Positions 26,401 to 38,544 are shown, counted from the stretch's first letter. The stretch is 64,000 nt of DNA from Amoebophrya sp. A120 (GCA_905178155.1 CAJINV010000012.1:2333407-2397406), one strand, 5' to 3'. The notes: a model not told the origin generated them from the letters alone. Numbers and translations: made by a program.

Positions 26401-29157
26401 TTCTCACGCTGAGGAATTTGTCATGCGATTTATACTAGCACGATGTCGATGCTTTTGCACAGGATAGTAACTGCTTCCCCCGTTGGGGTGGAGGAGTTTA
26501 ATATCAAAGAAAAAAACATTGTAGGTGTAAGAGGCCGTACGATTAATGGGCCCCCTTTTCGGTACCGAAAAGGGGGGGGTAGGTGCGGTCGGTCATCTGG
26601 CCGCATTCAAAAATGGTCGTGTCCCTCCGGACCCGACCGATTTTTTGAATTCAAAAATCAAAAACGCGAATGCGTAACTCCCCCAACCCGGCAAAATAAG
26701 TTCTCTTTTGTTTTCTGCGGCTGCTCAGCGGTTATCTCTGCTGCTGCGGTTCCTGCAGCGACGTGGCTGAAAGTAGAACAGAACGAAACAGAACAGCATA
26801 AGTTTCGTGGGGCGCACGCAGCGCGTGCGTGGATTGACTTATGTTTGCAACAACGCAAGAAGCTTCGGGCGCACGACGTGCGCGCGCAAACTGGAAAAAA
26901 GAAAAATGCAGCGCGCGCCGCGCGCGCGCGGCGAAGAGCATGCGTCGTGCGTGGCTATGTCAGGACGCTGCGAAGCATTTGCACGCAGCTGGAGCTGGCT
27001 ACGTGCAGTTCGATGCACTTCTTCTTCTGTTTGAGCAGGCCCACTGCAAATGATAAAGAAAGAAGCAGCCGCAGCACAAAGAAAGAGCCTTGGAGTAATT
27101 TACTAGGGCCTTAGAGCCTTAGGCAGCAGTATGAAAAAAACAACTCTAGAAAAAAGAGGGCCCACACAGCAGGGCAGATCGGGCTTCGTGTTGAATGAAG
27201 TACTTTGAAAAGAAGAAGGCGCTCCCCCGCGGCAAAAAAAACATTTTTAGTGCAGAACTATGTTCCGGGCTTGCAAAGATATCGGCGCGCCCCCGTGGTT
27301 GAAGTGGCCACCTCAACTTTTCCACAAATTAATTGGAAGAACTGAGATGGCCGCTTCAACAGCCCGAGGGCGGGTGTGCGGTCCTGCGCTGCAAATTGCT
27401 GCCTCCTCGTGATCTACTGCGCGGTAGTTTTTTTTGTGCAATGCATAGAGCTGCTTCGCAGTAAAAGAAGCGCCGCAATGATGTGCTGTAGCTGTTGCGC
27501 AGTGACAGCGTCTCTGTTTTTGAGCAGGAGAGCTACTTTTTAGTGGATCATCTACAACGAACTGCGCCGAAGCTACTGCGAAGCAGCTCTGTGTCTGCGC
27601 AGTAGATCCACGGCCTACAACGTCCTAAACTAGGCGGCAGTTGCGCTGCAGATGATTTACTCCGAGGCAGCTGCGCTGCTGCTTTCTGAAAGACAGCCGA
27701 GCCCTCTGGCTTGGGAGAGCAGCCGCGGTAGCCGCCTTTATTTTGAGAACCAGAAAGCGGGTCGCTTTGCTTGCCTTGTGGCGAGCGGAATAACACCGGG
27801 GCCTGCTGCTGCTCTAAAAAAAGAAAAAACTAAAAATCTCGGCCATAGCATCGGCACCGTGTTGTACTTTGCGCGCTTGCCACTATAGTGGTGCGCCCTG
27901 CAGTCGAAGATGGGCGCCGCCTGTTGCTGTGTTTTTCGAAAGGCGTGAAACACGCCGCTCCGCCGTGATTCAAATTCGCGATAGATTTCGCAACAAGCAG
28001 TCCCCGGATTTCGAAAAGGGGGGCGTGGGGGGGTAAGCTCGTCCAGAATCGCGCTCCTACCCCCCTTTTCGGTATCGAAAAGGGGGTCGATTAATCGTGC
28101 AGCCTCTAACTTTTTTGGAGGAACAGCATTACAAATCTGTCTGGCATGACAGCAAAAACCTGTCATGCGCAGATAGTACGTGAAAACGCCCTTTAGTGGG
28201 CCCTACAATGCATGCCAAGCATGACAGACGCAATCATCTTGCATGTTCCGCATCACAAATTTACACTAACAACGTTTTTTTCTTGGATATTTAAAAGGGT
28301 CTTTGTAGTCCTCGTTTCGCTTCTCCACTACTCTGCCGTCGGCCGTAATGCTACCTATGCATTGCAAATATGTCTGGTTCTGAAAAAAAAAGTTGTCATG
28401 CTGGTCTGCCATGACTGTTAAATCTGTGATGCCTAGGGGAGAAATAATCCTCTTGCCTGTCATGCACAAATGGAGCCTGCCATGCGGAATACGCAGCACG
28501 CAGGAGCTCAAAAACTTGTCATGCTTGGTCACCTATCGCAGTGAGTTCATTATTCACAGACTTGCATATACAAGTTTCCAGACATCCAAGGATTACATTT
28601 GCGGTTGATACTACCCGGCGGAAGTTCATCCTCATCATCGACATCGTCGTGGTCGTCAATGTTCATGTTCATCCAGCTTTGCCTATGAGAGTGCACAACT
28701 CCCCCTCCCCCTCCTTTGAAGGGCATACCAAGCAATACAAGTGCTGGCATAAATGCAGCTTTTGCATGACAAATTCGCGACCGATTCTAGTGCTGTTATT
28801 TCGGCTCCCGAATAAACCTGTCATGCAAGAAGTGGCAAACAAGAGAAAAGGGCGGATTTGGTATTTTGCATGACAAATGAGGGGAAGGGGCAGTTGTGCA
28901 TTGTCATATTGCCCCTGCGAGTACCCGGATTTCAAATTCGACGGCAGTTCCTCCACGTTGTCGTACCTTTCCCTGACCTCCTCGAGGATTGCCTTCGCCA
29001 AGTCGAACAGTTCGTAGGAAACGGAACCGTACTTGGAAATGTTGTTCTTCATTTTCGCCAGGCTGCAATTGTATTCGAATTTCGGTTCCTCCTTGCAGTT
29101 AGACTTGAAAAAGGCACGCTTTGCCTCCAGCAGGTTGATGGGAGTGAGCCGCGACAT
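14480..29157 (-). CDS. MATCAP/KIAA0895 (DUF1704)-like zinc metallopeptidase, putative tubulin tyrosine carboxypeptidase; 27 exons, ~2473 aa
   Basis: Removing 25 introners and one GT-AG intron gives one open frame of 7422 nt. It contains LTPINL..KRAFF..EPKFEY, LDHEIG|THCTRGVN (HExxxH), RSEEGLA, LRWRDCVRAKRG and KDQCYFEG..ILRRR, all family hallmarks. Confidence 0.88.
14553..14701. mobile_element. Introner family A (opposite orientation to 9210 copy)
   Basis: TATGAACTGC...GCACAGGATA; DR CCAGT. Confidence 0.9.
14749..14897. mobile_element. Introner family A
   Basis: TGT-start variant; DR TGTAC. Confidence 0.9.
15273..15419. mobile_element. Introner family A
   Basis: A-type TIRs; DR ATGAG. Confidence 0.9.
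15715..15829. mobile_element. Introner family K (115 bp)
   Basis: TATGCCATGAAAATTAACCA/TGGTTAATTTTCAGGGAATA; DR CCCTT. Confidence 0.85.
16089..16367. mobile_element. Introner family F
   Basis: TATCCTGAGTAAAAACGTACCCAC TIR; DR GAACG. Confidence 0.9.
16438..16587. mobile_element. Introner family A
   Basis: A-type TIRs; DR CACCC. Confidence 0.9.
17087..17236. mobile_element. Introner family A inside a GT-AG-bounded intron (17083-17240)
   Basis: DR CCTTG offset by 3 nt on the right; minus strand reads AAG|GTAC..ATACAAG|GAC. Confidence 0.85.
17687..18000. mobile_element. Introner family B
   Basis: TATCAAAAGGAAAAATCCGCCCTCCCC...GGGGAGGGGGGATTTTT; DR CAGCC. Confidence 0.9.
18123..18345 (-). other. 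Canonical GT-AG spliceosomal intron splitting the HEIG|TH motif
   Basis: G|GTATAT...CTCAG|GT; AT-rich; removal restores HEIGTH. Confidence 0.85.
18589..18822. mobile_element. Introner family A with 78-bp nested insert
   Basis: DR CTCGC; insert 18631-18708 flanked by AAGTCTT duplication. Confidence 0.9.
19719..20040. mobile_element. Introner family B
   Basis: B-type TIRs; DR AGCCG. Confidence 0.9.
20577..20898. mobile_element. Introner family B
   Basis: B-type TIRs; DR ACTAC. Confidence 0.9.
20962..21268. mobile_element. Introner family C
   Basis: TATGGATGTGTCAG..GAAATCGACAAAGTTGAAA TIR; DR CTGGA. Confidence 0.9.
22053..22271. mobile_element. Introner family D
   Basis: TATGACTGTGCACAACTCCCCCTC..CATTTG TIR; DR CGTGG/CGTCG. 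Confidence 0.9.
22619..22737. mobile_element. Introner family K
   Basis: TATCCACGGAAA...TTTTTCCTGGATA; DR TGCCG. Confidence 0.85.
23123..23279. mobile_element. Introner family A
   Basis: A-type TIRs; DR TTGGA. Confidence 0.9.
23318..23472. mobile_element. Introner family A
   Basis: A-type TIRs; DR CGCTC. Confidence 0.9.
23520..23780. mobile_element. Introner family E
   Basis: TATGGATTGCAAAAGTGTCTGGGTCTGGAA TIR; DR ACATG. Confidence 0.9.
23852..24001. mobile_element. Introner family L
   Basis: TATCCACAGTAAATTTC...GAAATTTGTATTGCATA; DR GGTGA/GATGA. Confidence 0.85.
24961..25108. mobile_element. Introner family A
   Basis: A-type TIRs; DR CCCAC/CCCGT. Confidence 0.88.
25518..25824. mobile_element. 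Introner family C
   Basis: C-type TIRs; DR TCCTT. Confidence 0.9.
25888..26198. mobile_element. Introner family M (single copy here)
   Basis: TATCCTACAGAAAAG...CTTTTCTCAAGGATA; DR TCGCC. Confidence 0.85.
26295..26466. mobile_element. Introner family A
   Basis: A-type TIRs; DR ATAAC/GTAAC. Confidence 0.88.
26502..28289. mobile_element. Introner family G interrupted by a 1576-bp transposon
   Basis: TATCAAAGAAAAAAAC...GTTTTTTTCTTGGATA; DR TTTAA; the two halves align to the intact G copy at 46533. Confidence 0.88.
26531..28106. mobile_element. Non-autonomous TIR DNA transposon, PIF/Harbinger-like (TAA target duplication)
   Basis: ~55-bp imperfect TIRs (GAGGCCGTACGATTAAT..CCCCCTTTTCGGTACCGAAAAGGGG), TAA on both sides, no convincing ORF. 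Confidence 0.8.
28356..28610. mobile_element. Introner family E (diverged)
   Basis: E-like TIRs; DR CTACC. Confidence 0.85.
28684..28908. mobile_element. Introner family D
   Basis: D-type TIRs; DR TTGCC. Confidence 0.9.
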
Positions 29158-30417
29158 GGTCGTTTCTTTTTACGTACTAAAGGTCAGCTTTCTTATTTCA
29201 AAAAGTCTTACAAGACAGAAGTTCAGTACAGCGGCCTACTCGGCGTAACAAAATCCGACTCTAGTCTTACACTGACTAGAAGAGTGATTTTCATTATTTA
29301 GCGAGGATATGAATTTGCCGGTGTACTAAAAAAATTATGCGTATACAAAAATCGTAAACAGATGCTACTGCAGCTGAGAAACAGACTCAGCTCAATTCAA
29401 ATTCTATGTCATCCGTTTGAAGCGCATGAGGATTGACACAAGGAAGTTCTCGTTTTACATATCATAAGAGCGCAACATAAATTGCGATGCATACATTGTA
29501 GTGCTTTAATGGGTCCTCGTAGGGCTGACGTCCAGGTGTCACGCAGCGTCAAGTAGTCAGCAGTCTTGGGAGCTCTCCTAGCCTTGTTGCCTCGCTCAAT
29601 TTGAAATTTGGTACTAGTGCCCTCGAAACTAGTAGATCATACGATGACAACATCAGTGAATGAAATGGATGAAGTCACAATAACAATGCAGTAGGAAAAT
29701 AATTTTAAAATTATCACTCAAGGCTGACATCTTGGATATACCGTTTAGACTGTTTTGCGCACGGAAGCACGTGCAGCTCGTCGCTCACGACATTTGAAAA
29801 TGGTTCACCTCTCCAACAGCAACATCGGTCTTTCATGCACGATCTCAGTAGTGCTCTAGTTTCAGTAAAGTTCGTTCACAACAAGAACCGATCTTCGATG
29901 AGCTGCCGCGGCTTTATATTTATCCAACAACAGCTACATCACAGAATAATATCCTCCTCATAGCTTCGCGCATGGAGGTTCTTGTAGTTGTTCTGCAGCT
30001 GATAATGATATTGCGAACACAAGCAGCTCCTTTCTGCATCTTTCTCTTCTACCAGGAGACGAAGAGAGCAGAGAAATAGAGCGGTTGCCTGTCAACCACT
30101 GGGGAAAGTAGAGCAAGACAACCTATAATATGTTGGTGACCGTGACCGTGACGAGCAGGCCGCGGCCTATAATTTTACAATGCAGAGGACTGAGAAGGAG
30201 CGCAGTTCTTCGGAGGTCAAGCTCAACAGATCCAAAATCCTGGGGGGGAGAAAAGCAAACAAGTCGTGTTCATCTTCTACTTCGAGGCTTTATCTCCACG
30301 TGTACTAGTACCACCTCAGAAGCAGACAACTACTATTTCTACTGCCGGCCTTTCATCTTGAGGGCGATTTGTTTTTTTTCTGTTTATCTTTATTTTGCAA
30401 GAGCATTTTTCCAACTA

Positions 30418-33400
30418 TTACGTCGAAGAGGACGAGCTGTTCAACTGTCGTTCGATCTTCTGAATCGCCGACATCATGTCCTCGGGATTGTGCATGAACT
30501 CCAGCAGTTCGATGGGCATCGCGTTGTACCTGTTCTTATCCGGCCGCAGGTCCGCCGCCGTTTGGCAGACACGAAATAAGTTTTTTGATGTTGTTGTCAA
30601 CATCGTCGAGGACCTATTCATTTTCGGAGCAGGTCCTGCCGCGGCAACATCAGATGTTGAAACTACATCTTCATCTTCTTCGCATGTAGAAGATGTTGAT
30701 CCTCCTGGTGTCGTCGAAGCAACTTCTGTTTTCGCCCTTGCTGAAAGTAGTTCTACCAGCTCCTCTCGCGTAAAAAGCCCGGTGTCGGTTTCTACGACTG
30801 CATCTTCTGTAGTACCCTCACTACCGTTTATGTTCTTCTCCATCGCGGAATCAGGCGCCCGCGCCGCAACATCCACCGGCGCCAAATCCACCAGAAAACA
30901 ATCCGCGTCCTCGAATTGTGTACTTTTTTCCGGTTGCAGTTGTAAGTAGACGTCCACGGCGATGAGCTGATGGAGCTCGACTTCACTTGCGGCCTGCACG
31001 TTATTTACTTTGGCATCTATCGCCTCGGCCTGTCGCTGCGGGGAGTCGCTCGAGCTTCTTCTTGTGGCCAAATTCTTCTGAACAAGAAAGTATTCGCCAA
31101 GTTTGTCCAGAAAAGTCGAGGTTTTCTTCATTCTACTTGTTCCAGCAGTCGAGTTCATCTTTCCATCATGGAAAAAGCGCTCGATTCGTTCTCGGATCTT
31201 CTCCTGCGCATTGTTACTATTCCTGCTCTTTCTTTCAACCAGAAACTCATGCACCGCATCCAAATGCCGCTGGGTGATGGCGATCAGCTCACAGGTGATC
31301 TTGCTCTGCGCGATAGTAGAGGCAGAAGTTCTTGCAGCTTCATCTCCAGAACAAGCGCCGGCAGGAGGTTCAGTATCAGTTTGTCCCTCTCGTCGCCGTT
31401 GAAAATCTTCATTTTTCGGTCCGAAAATTCCGACAAAACACCGGAATTCCAGCGCCGGATTGAAATCAGCGTGGAAGCGGCGCTATCCTGTGCAAAAGTA
31501 TCGTACTCGTATAAATGCATTACAAATTTCCTCAGCATGAGAAATAAAATTTGTAATGCAGATTTCCCTTGGAAACAAGATTTGTAATGCAAGACTTGCA
31601 TTTGTACGAGTACGATATTTTTGCACAGGATAGGCGCAGGGCGAGGTGAAGAGCAGCACGATGTTGAGGACCTCCATTTTGGCCTTGCATCATCTCATCT
31701 TCGTCGTTTTCCTCGTTAAGACCATGCGTCGAGGAACAGTTGTGTTTTTCCTCCTCCTCCTCGTCTTTATTATCCAGCACTTCCGCGAGGTCAAATTCCA
31801 CTACGTCCGAGGCAACGAGCAAGGAAAATACCTCCTCCGGCTCGTGGCATTCCAGCGTTTTTCCCCAGGCCATCCACTTCGCGTCTTGGGGCGCGGTGTA
31901 GTGCAGCTTCGGAAAAACGGACCCGTGGAGCCGGTCGATCTTTTGGCGGAGCTCCGCGTGTAATTCCGGGTATCGCTCTTTGAACTTAATAGTTCTACGG
32001 TGCTTCTTTCTGCCTTCAGCCCCTGGAAGATTTCTCGCGGCTAGGGCTACATCGTCCGGTTCATCTTGTCCCTGACATGATAGCCGAGCAGCCTGGTCGT
32101 GTTCTGCTACCTCTGCCTTGCCTTCTTCGACGGGTCGTGTGTCTGTTGTCGAGTCTATTTTGTACTCCTCGTCTGACTGTAGTACCTCCCTTACGGGCGG
32201 CGCAGTACAAGACGTCGAGGAGCTTATTTCTGTAACAACTTCAACATCAGTCGTTCTCGTTTCGCTTTCGTGTAGTGTCGTGTGCTTCACCCTCCCTCCA
32301 CAGGAGCTCGATGTCGCTTCATTCGAAATCCCGAGACCGGCGTTACCCGCGGTGAGAATGGATTCAACCACCTCCTCGAAGAAATCACCTCCGGTTGTTG
32401 TAATTATGTTGTTGCAAGATGAAAAATCTTTACACAATGACAACTCGCTGACGTAGTCGTTGCTTTTCAGGTCGTGTTCCAAGGTACAAGAAGTAGTTGT
32501 CCCGGCGTCCTCTCCAGCAACCCAAACTCTTTGATTCTGTTTCATCTCTTGGACGATTTTGTGCTGCCCAAACTCGAAAAGCTGAGGCTCCCCATCGTGT
32601 TGTTCCTGCTTTACTTCGTGTTCGTCCTCCTCCTGCGGCCACATGTTGGACTCGCAAGGAATTGTGGCCGCGGACGGAGCTGAAGCCAGCACTTTTCCAG
32701 TAGAGCTTGCTGCTGCATTGTTACCAGTACTAGGATTTGCAGTTGACGACGAGGATGACACGTCATCTGCGATGAAGGGTTCCTTCTGTGTAGTCGAGAG
32801 ACGAGCTACGCGGTCGGCTTGGTCCTTGTCCTCCACTTCTCTCGTCCCAGCAGGCGAGGTAGTAGAAATAACCTCCTCATTTACAACTTCGAGAAGTTCT
32901 TGTGCACAACAAGAAACCGTGCTGGTATCTACTGGCGACCGCTGCTCATCTTCGTCTTCTTCCTTCGCCGTAGCGCAGTCAGATGAACTCGTCTCAGCAT
33001 GATCCTCGTTCGCCTCAGGCGGTGCTTCCGTCCCCGCGTCGCTGAGAGTAGTGTCGCTAGTGCCGCCTTCGACGTCGTGGTCCTCACCGGAACTAGTACC
33101 GAGGTTATGAGTACTATTATCCCCACCGTCGTCCTCCTCGTCGTCCAAATGATCGTCCCATCCTCCACTGTCGGAGGAAAAACCGCTGTTGAAGCTGTTA
33201 CAGCGGTACCCCCGAGTCGTACTAGACCCTCCTTGTCCACCCTGTCTGTCCACGGCGAAACAGATCTTGATTCTTTCGCCGCAGCTGGCACTTGATGATG
33301 TTGCACGTGATACACCACGGAAAATCTCGTGGCATTGGCGCTTTGTCAGCTGCACAAACTCGGTCTCAAACGTGAACGGTTTGAAGTGCTCGTACCACTG

Positions 33401-33607
33401 GTGCAGGGCGAAGGGGTGGAGGAGGTGGTGTTTGCGGTTTTTGAGGGTCTGCTCGTCGGCTGGTTGTGATGCAGATGCGGGACGATCAGCAATTATATTG
33501 CTGCTGCTGTTATTCTGCATCCCGATCACCAATTCCTCCTGCGGAGCTTGCTCCTGCTCAGGCGCTAGAAGTCCAGGGGCTGAAGAGTCCCTCGACGTGG
33601 CCGACAT
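30418..33607 (-). CDS. CDC123: Cell division cycle 123 (D123/CDC123, eIF2 assembly ATP-grasp protein), 2 exons, ~1011 aa
   Basis: QWYEHFKPFTFE, VFPKLHYTAPQDAKW, spliced LALR|RFHADFNPALEFRCFV, LIAITQR, VDVY, LVDLAP and LFTREEL match D123 motifs. Confidence 0.85.
31484..31632. mobile_element. Introner family A
   Basis: TATCCTGTGCAAAA at both ends; DR GGCGC. Confidence 0.9.
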
Positions 33608-34373
33608 TTTGTTGTCTTTTTTGTTTTTCTTGCTCTTTCAACACTTATGAAATTTAGCTACTACTACAACTTTTATCTTGTTTCTGTAGTGTTTCTTGTT
33701 TATAGTCAGGGCTACAACGTCGGCAATGAAGTGTCACGATAACTGGATTATTGTCTGCTGAATACATGCGTGCGGATGCACACAATTAAGCGGATCATTT
33801 TTCTTCAGCGACTTTGTAGTTGCGAGGATGCAGAAAATGATTTTCAAAATTCGCACAACTTCCTCATCGGCGAGATGGATCACAAGACGTTAACACGCTA
33901 GGGACCACGAGACAAAATGGATCAATATCAAAAGCAAAACCTAATCAATTTCGATCACAAATAAAAGGATCTTCGGCATTCGTAATAAGATCGACGCTCA
34001 TGTTTTCCGATGTTTATTTTCGCAGGAGCCTGAGCTTGAAATAGAAATACTAGATCCACTTCCTGATCGTGTAACGGGCGTGCTCGAGGTCGAGAGGACA
34101 CCAGCGAGCTTTCAAACTATAGAACTGTGCAAACATGTAAATGCGAACACCTCGTCCATTGCGAGCTACGTAGCTACGGCCTGCGCATGATGCGCCTGGT
34201 GGTCGTGCGCTGCTGCTGCATAGTGAGAAGCGTTTGTATTTCGCAATTGGTAATCTTCAGTGGCGGTACGCGAGCAACGACGCTAACAGTAAAATGAAGG
34301 AAAGATGAAGCATCGGCTTCTGCGAAGGGCGCAGCCTGGATGACTTGTTTCCTGGTATGATTATTTCGCCCAC

Positions 34374-36781
34374 CTACTTCTGGCCGTTCAACAGAGAATA
34401 TCCAAGCACGAGATGAGAAACGGAGGACGACGAGGAACTCCTAATATTGTTCTCGTCACGAACTGCGCTTAGGTTTCGTCTGCCAGCTGCCATGGTCACT
34501 GACCTGCTGCTGTTACTTCCTGAATTTGTAAGATTCGGCCCACCACGGCCGGAGGCAGAAACTACTTCTTTATCAGCTCCTACCAGATGAACATCAAGTC
34601 GCTCCATCCTCGGGCCCAGGACACAATTCGGCATCTGCAGCGGCAAATCTTCCTTTATCCGAAGTGGCTGCTTTATCACCACGTTTTTCACCGTCGTGGA
34701 AAGTGAATTTCCCGTTGTATTCCGTCCGATTGGAGGAGGACAAAAAATCTGTCTAGTACTGCTAGGTGGGGTACTAGAGCTTGCACTGGCAGCGATCCCC
34801 CCTGCCGCGTGAGTTCTTGCTCCGAACAAGTGATGTCGCTGTGGAGGTTGCATCAGGTCAGCAAGACCCTGGTGGTCTTCTTCGGGCCTACTCTGACTGC
34901 CATCTTCCGCCTCGTGCTCATCAAGACCAGTGCCCCAAAGTTCTTCCACACCTGCGAATTCCTCCGTCCTTTCCGCATCCCGCAAAAATCGTTTCAGCGC
35001 ACGGAGTACTTCTGTAGATTTCGCTAGCTCCTCCTCGCTGGCAGGAGAAGGTGCTGGATGTTGAGCAAGCGTGAACCGCGATTCATTTTTCCCCGAAGGA
35101 GCTCCGCTCGACGTGCCGTGTTGCAGAGATATGCTTCTGTCGTTCGTCGCTTTCAGCAGTAGTGATCCGCTAACAGCAGCTGTCGTGGTAACCCCCAGCG
35201 GTCGCGGGCTTCTTGGGCCATTTGTGGCTGGGCTATTCGGTGTGATGCTCTTTGACATCCAGGAATCGGTCAATATGATGTCCATCGTCTCCGCGTGCCG
35301 CTCCCGCGCTTCTATTGAAGCGTTCTCCCGAGTGGTCTGATCACCGTGGTTTTGTTCTGTGTGTTGCTCCGAGTTCGGATTGCTTGCGCATGCGCCCGGA
35401 GCACGAGCAGCTGATGCTTTCTTATCACAAGCTGCAAGGAACTCTCGCGCTTTCTGGAACAGCAGGGCCCGCTGGAGATACGGGGGTGGTGGAGGAGTTT
35501 CAAGAATATCTTCCGAATCATAAAAAACCGGGTCTCTGGCTTGGTCGCTTGTTGTAGTAGTCCGCTCAACAGCGGCCGTCGCGCGCCTTGTGATATCTGC
35601 GCCAACAGACCTTGACACAGTTCCACTTTCGCTTGTAGAAGTTCGACCCGCCGCAGGGCGGGGGCCTCCTGCTGTCGCCTCAACTACATCACCTGTGTTT
35701 ATGGAACTTCTGCGTGAAGCAACGACAGGCACCGCAGCAGGTCCGAAATGGTCCTCATCCAAGCCGCCAGCATCGCTTATGACCGAGAAAAATCTCTCCG
35801 GTTGACCTGGCTCTTCTCGCACTACTTGATCCTGAAGTTGATCTTGAAGTTGAACGTGGTCGACAAATAAGCCGACCTTGCTCCTTGAGTTGTTCTCACT
35901 CGCACTCGTCCCACTCCCACGCGCCGGCCGCGGTGGTCGTGAGGTACAACTTCCATTTTCCCCTCCGCCTTCAAAACCGACTGCTAGCCCTTCCACAATC
36001 ATCGCGACGCACGTTTCTAAGACTTTTTCTACCCTTTCCCTACCCTCCCGAACACTTCTCTGCTGTCCTCTCAACGCCCGCACCCGGTCCTCTTGCGCTG
36101 CTAGCATCGCCTGCAGCTCGGCTTCTGTGACTCGGCAGATCTGGGCCATCGCCCTCATTTCCACAACGTTTGAGTTCTGCAAGGCTTGAAATTTTTCCTG
36201 AAGCAACCGTAATCTCGCAGTCGCATCACTTTTTTCCCGGGTCAAACTATTTGTCTTCACGTTGAACTCCCTCCGCGTGAACAGTTTCCAGGCTTGGAGC
36301 ACGGTGCGGAGCAAATCGTGGTTGCCACTAGCGAGAAGCAGCTTCAGGTCGTGGAATCGGGAGTCGAGATACTTCGCTTTCCAGTGGTTTTTCGAGTTGT
36401 CGAGGGTATGGACTTTTCGCAGAATGTCCGTCACTTTTTGGCAGGTGAGTTTGGAAGCTTGGTGGAACTGGAAGAGCTTGTCGCGATTTTGAGTTGCGGA
36501 GGAGGCTTTTTGTTTTTTCGACGTGGTCGAGCTTGTTTCATTCTTGGTACTAGAAATTATACCCGGCCTGGACAAGGAAAGAATCTCTGCTGAGCTAGTA
36601 TTATTTTGGTAACCGAACGGGTCTATCTGTGTAATCTGTGGGGACGATGTGGAAGCAAAAATGCTAGTACTACTAAGGTCTGAACCAGAAGACCGCGCTG
36701 CGCCTTGGTGTGTAGTAGTTATCGGCGGGAATGCAGGAGTAGCAAGAAACCCCTTCTCCTGCTGGCCACCTCTTACCATAC
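34374..36781 (-). CDS. Hypothetical coiled-coil/low-complexity protein (last or only exon)
   Basis: 801-aa ORF preceded by a CTGCAG acceptor-like site; any upstream exon is unresolved. Confidence 0.65.
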
Positions 36782-38544
36782 CTGCAGGGCGCAGCAGCTA
36801 AGTCTCAGTAGTGATGGTTTCGTACTTCACTTGCACAAGAGACACGACCGGGGACCCTGGCGAAACAAAAATTAAGGTCAGATCAATACTTGTCGTTGCA
36901 AAGAAAATTCAAGAGAGCAAGTGAAGACACGACGGAGATGACAGGACGAATCTAAAATGACAGCAGGACGTTGAAACTATCACGACAGGACGAAACGGAA
37001 ATTATGCCAACGATAGGAGGAGATTTGTCCGTCAACGACACGCGGAACAAAGGACGAATACGACACGCGGAACAAATGACGCCAAAGCATAAACGAAAAA
37101 CACTTCACGTCGACGCAGTACGATTGCGCTTTTGGATTTGCAAAATGAGACTCAGTGTCAATCAAGTACGAAAAACTTAAAAACCAAGACTGCTGGTGAA
37201 CAGGAACGACAACGACATGAGGACGACGGGTCATGCTAATTTTCGAGCACTTGCAGGTGCAGTTGCCCAAACGTGTGGTGCTCGTCCTGGTGCACGAAGA
37301 AGATCACAAACCTCACGTGTTTCTGTTTGTATATACTTTCGTTGTGCTCGTGGTTCCAGCTCGTCATACTGGAGGACACAATTACGCACAATCTAAAAAC
37401 GCCTCTGCGATAAATCCCAGAAACGCGCTCGCCAGGGCGTATGAGACACCCAGAGAGTTGAATTGCAAGCGAGTTGCCCTTGCCTTTCGCGGCGGCTACT
37501 CCATACTGCCTTAAATCGCGATCGGTAGTTTCGATTTCGTTCATTCTGAGTGTGAGTCGAAATAAACTCCATCCGTGGTGCTAAATTTCCTTGCCATCGT
37601 ACAAGTTCATTATCATTGTTTGACTCTTTTTTGTCAGTTCGCTGAAACGTGATGCTGATGTTGATGTTGACTTTCGCTAAATTCTACATACCGCTCATTT
37701 GAGTCTCATGTGAAAGTGGAGAACAAGTTCGCTTGTAGTAGTTCATGATCTATCGATTTGTAGTTGAAAGCTTTGTAGTTTTGAATTTGTTGTTCTAGTG
37801 TAGTTTAAGTTTAGCGGTAATACGTCTACCTGTTTTAATATTCGAGCACTCATTGCTGCAGTACTACTTCAAGCACGACGGCTGATATCTTGGAGACTTT
37901 TCAAAAAAAATATGGTAGTAGCTCCTGCACTCCTGGTGCACGGCGTAAAATACCAATCTTCTGTCCGCAGCAGGAGCTCGTTCCCCCGCGGCGCATTTCT
38001 AGTACGATGATGTTCCAATTGATAGCAATCTTTATTTTTTAGTGACTTCATATTTCATATATAAGTACGCAAATTGTTCAAATTGAAAAGTTATATTTTC
38101 CTACCCGCCCCGTGTGCGAACTGGAAGTGGACCTACGCTGTTGCCAGTAACGACCCTCCACAGCCAAGTCGTAATGTCCGAAAAAAAAGTGCGAACTAAC
38201 ATTAAGTCAAGTGGTTTGTAGTTCAGCGGGAGCAGCTTCCTTTAGGTTTACTAAACTGTACTTCTAAGTCTATCTGAATTGGAAGTTCTGGCTTTGGAAG
38301 TCATCAAATTTAGTTTTGCATTTTTCCTAGTGTAGTGCTTCGCTTACGCGCCGCGGCCGCCGCTCCACTGCCTGCAGTTCGTCAAGAACGACGAGACTTT
38401 TAGTGCTGTTGCAAGCTGCTCAAGAATGCGAAAGGACCACAGGTAGCGTCACAACGACATCATTAGTGGTCCAGCAGCAGAGGAAACTTGGAATTTCATC
38501 TTCCTCTGCCAGGAACTTCGTTCAAAATGTTGGAGTACAGTTCC

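Noticed and set aside
27100-27125. Telomere-like repeat (CTAGGG/TTAGAG/TTAGGC)
   Set aside because: Only three degenerate units
26443-28166. Transposase ORF in the nested element
   Set aside because: ORFs are short (223 aa or less), cross element boundaries or lack recognisable DDE/Myb motifs
14480-29157. Pseudogene destroyed by MITE insertions
   Set aside because: After removing the elements there are no stops or frameshifts over ~7.4 kb and the catalytic motifs are intact; unlikely for a dead gene, though expression is unproven
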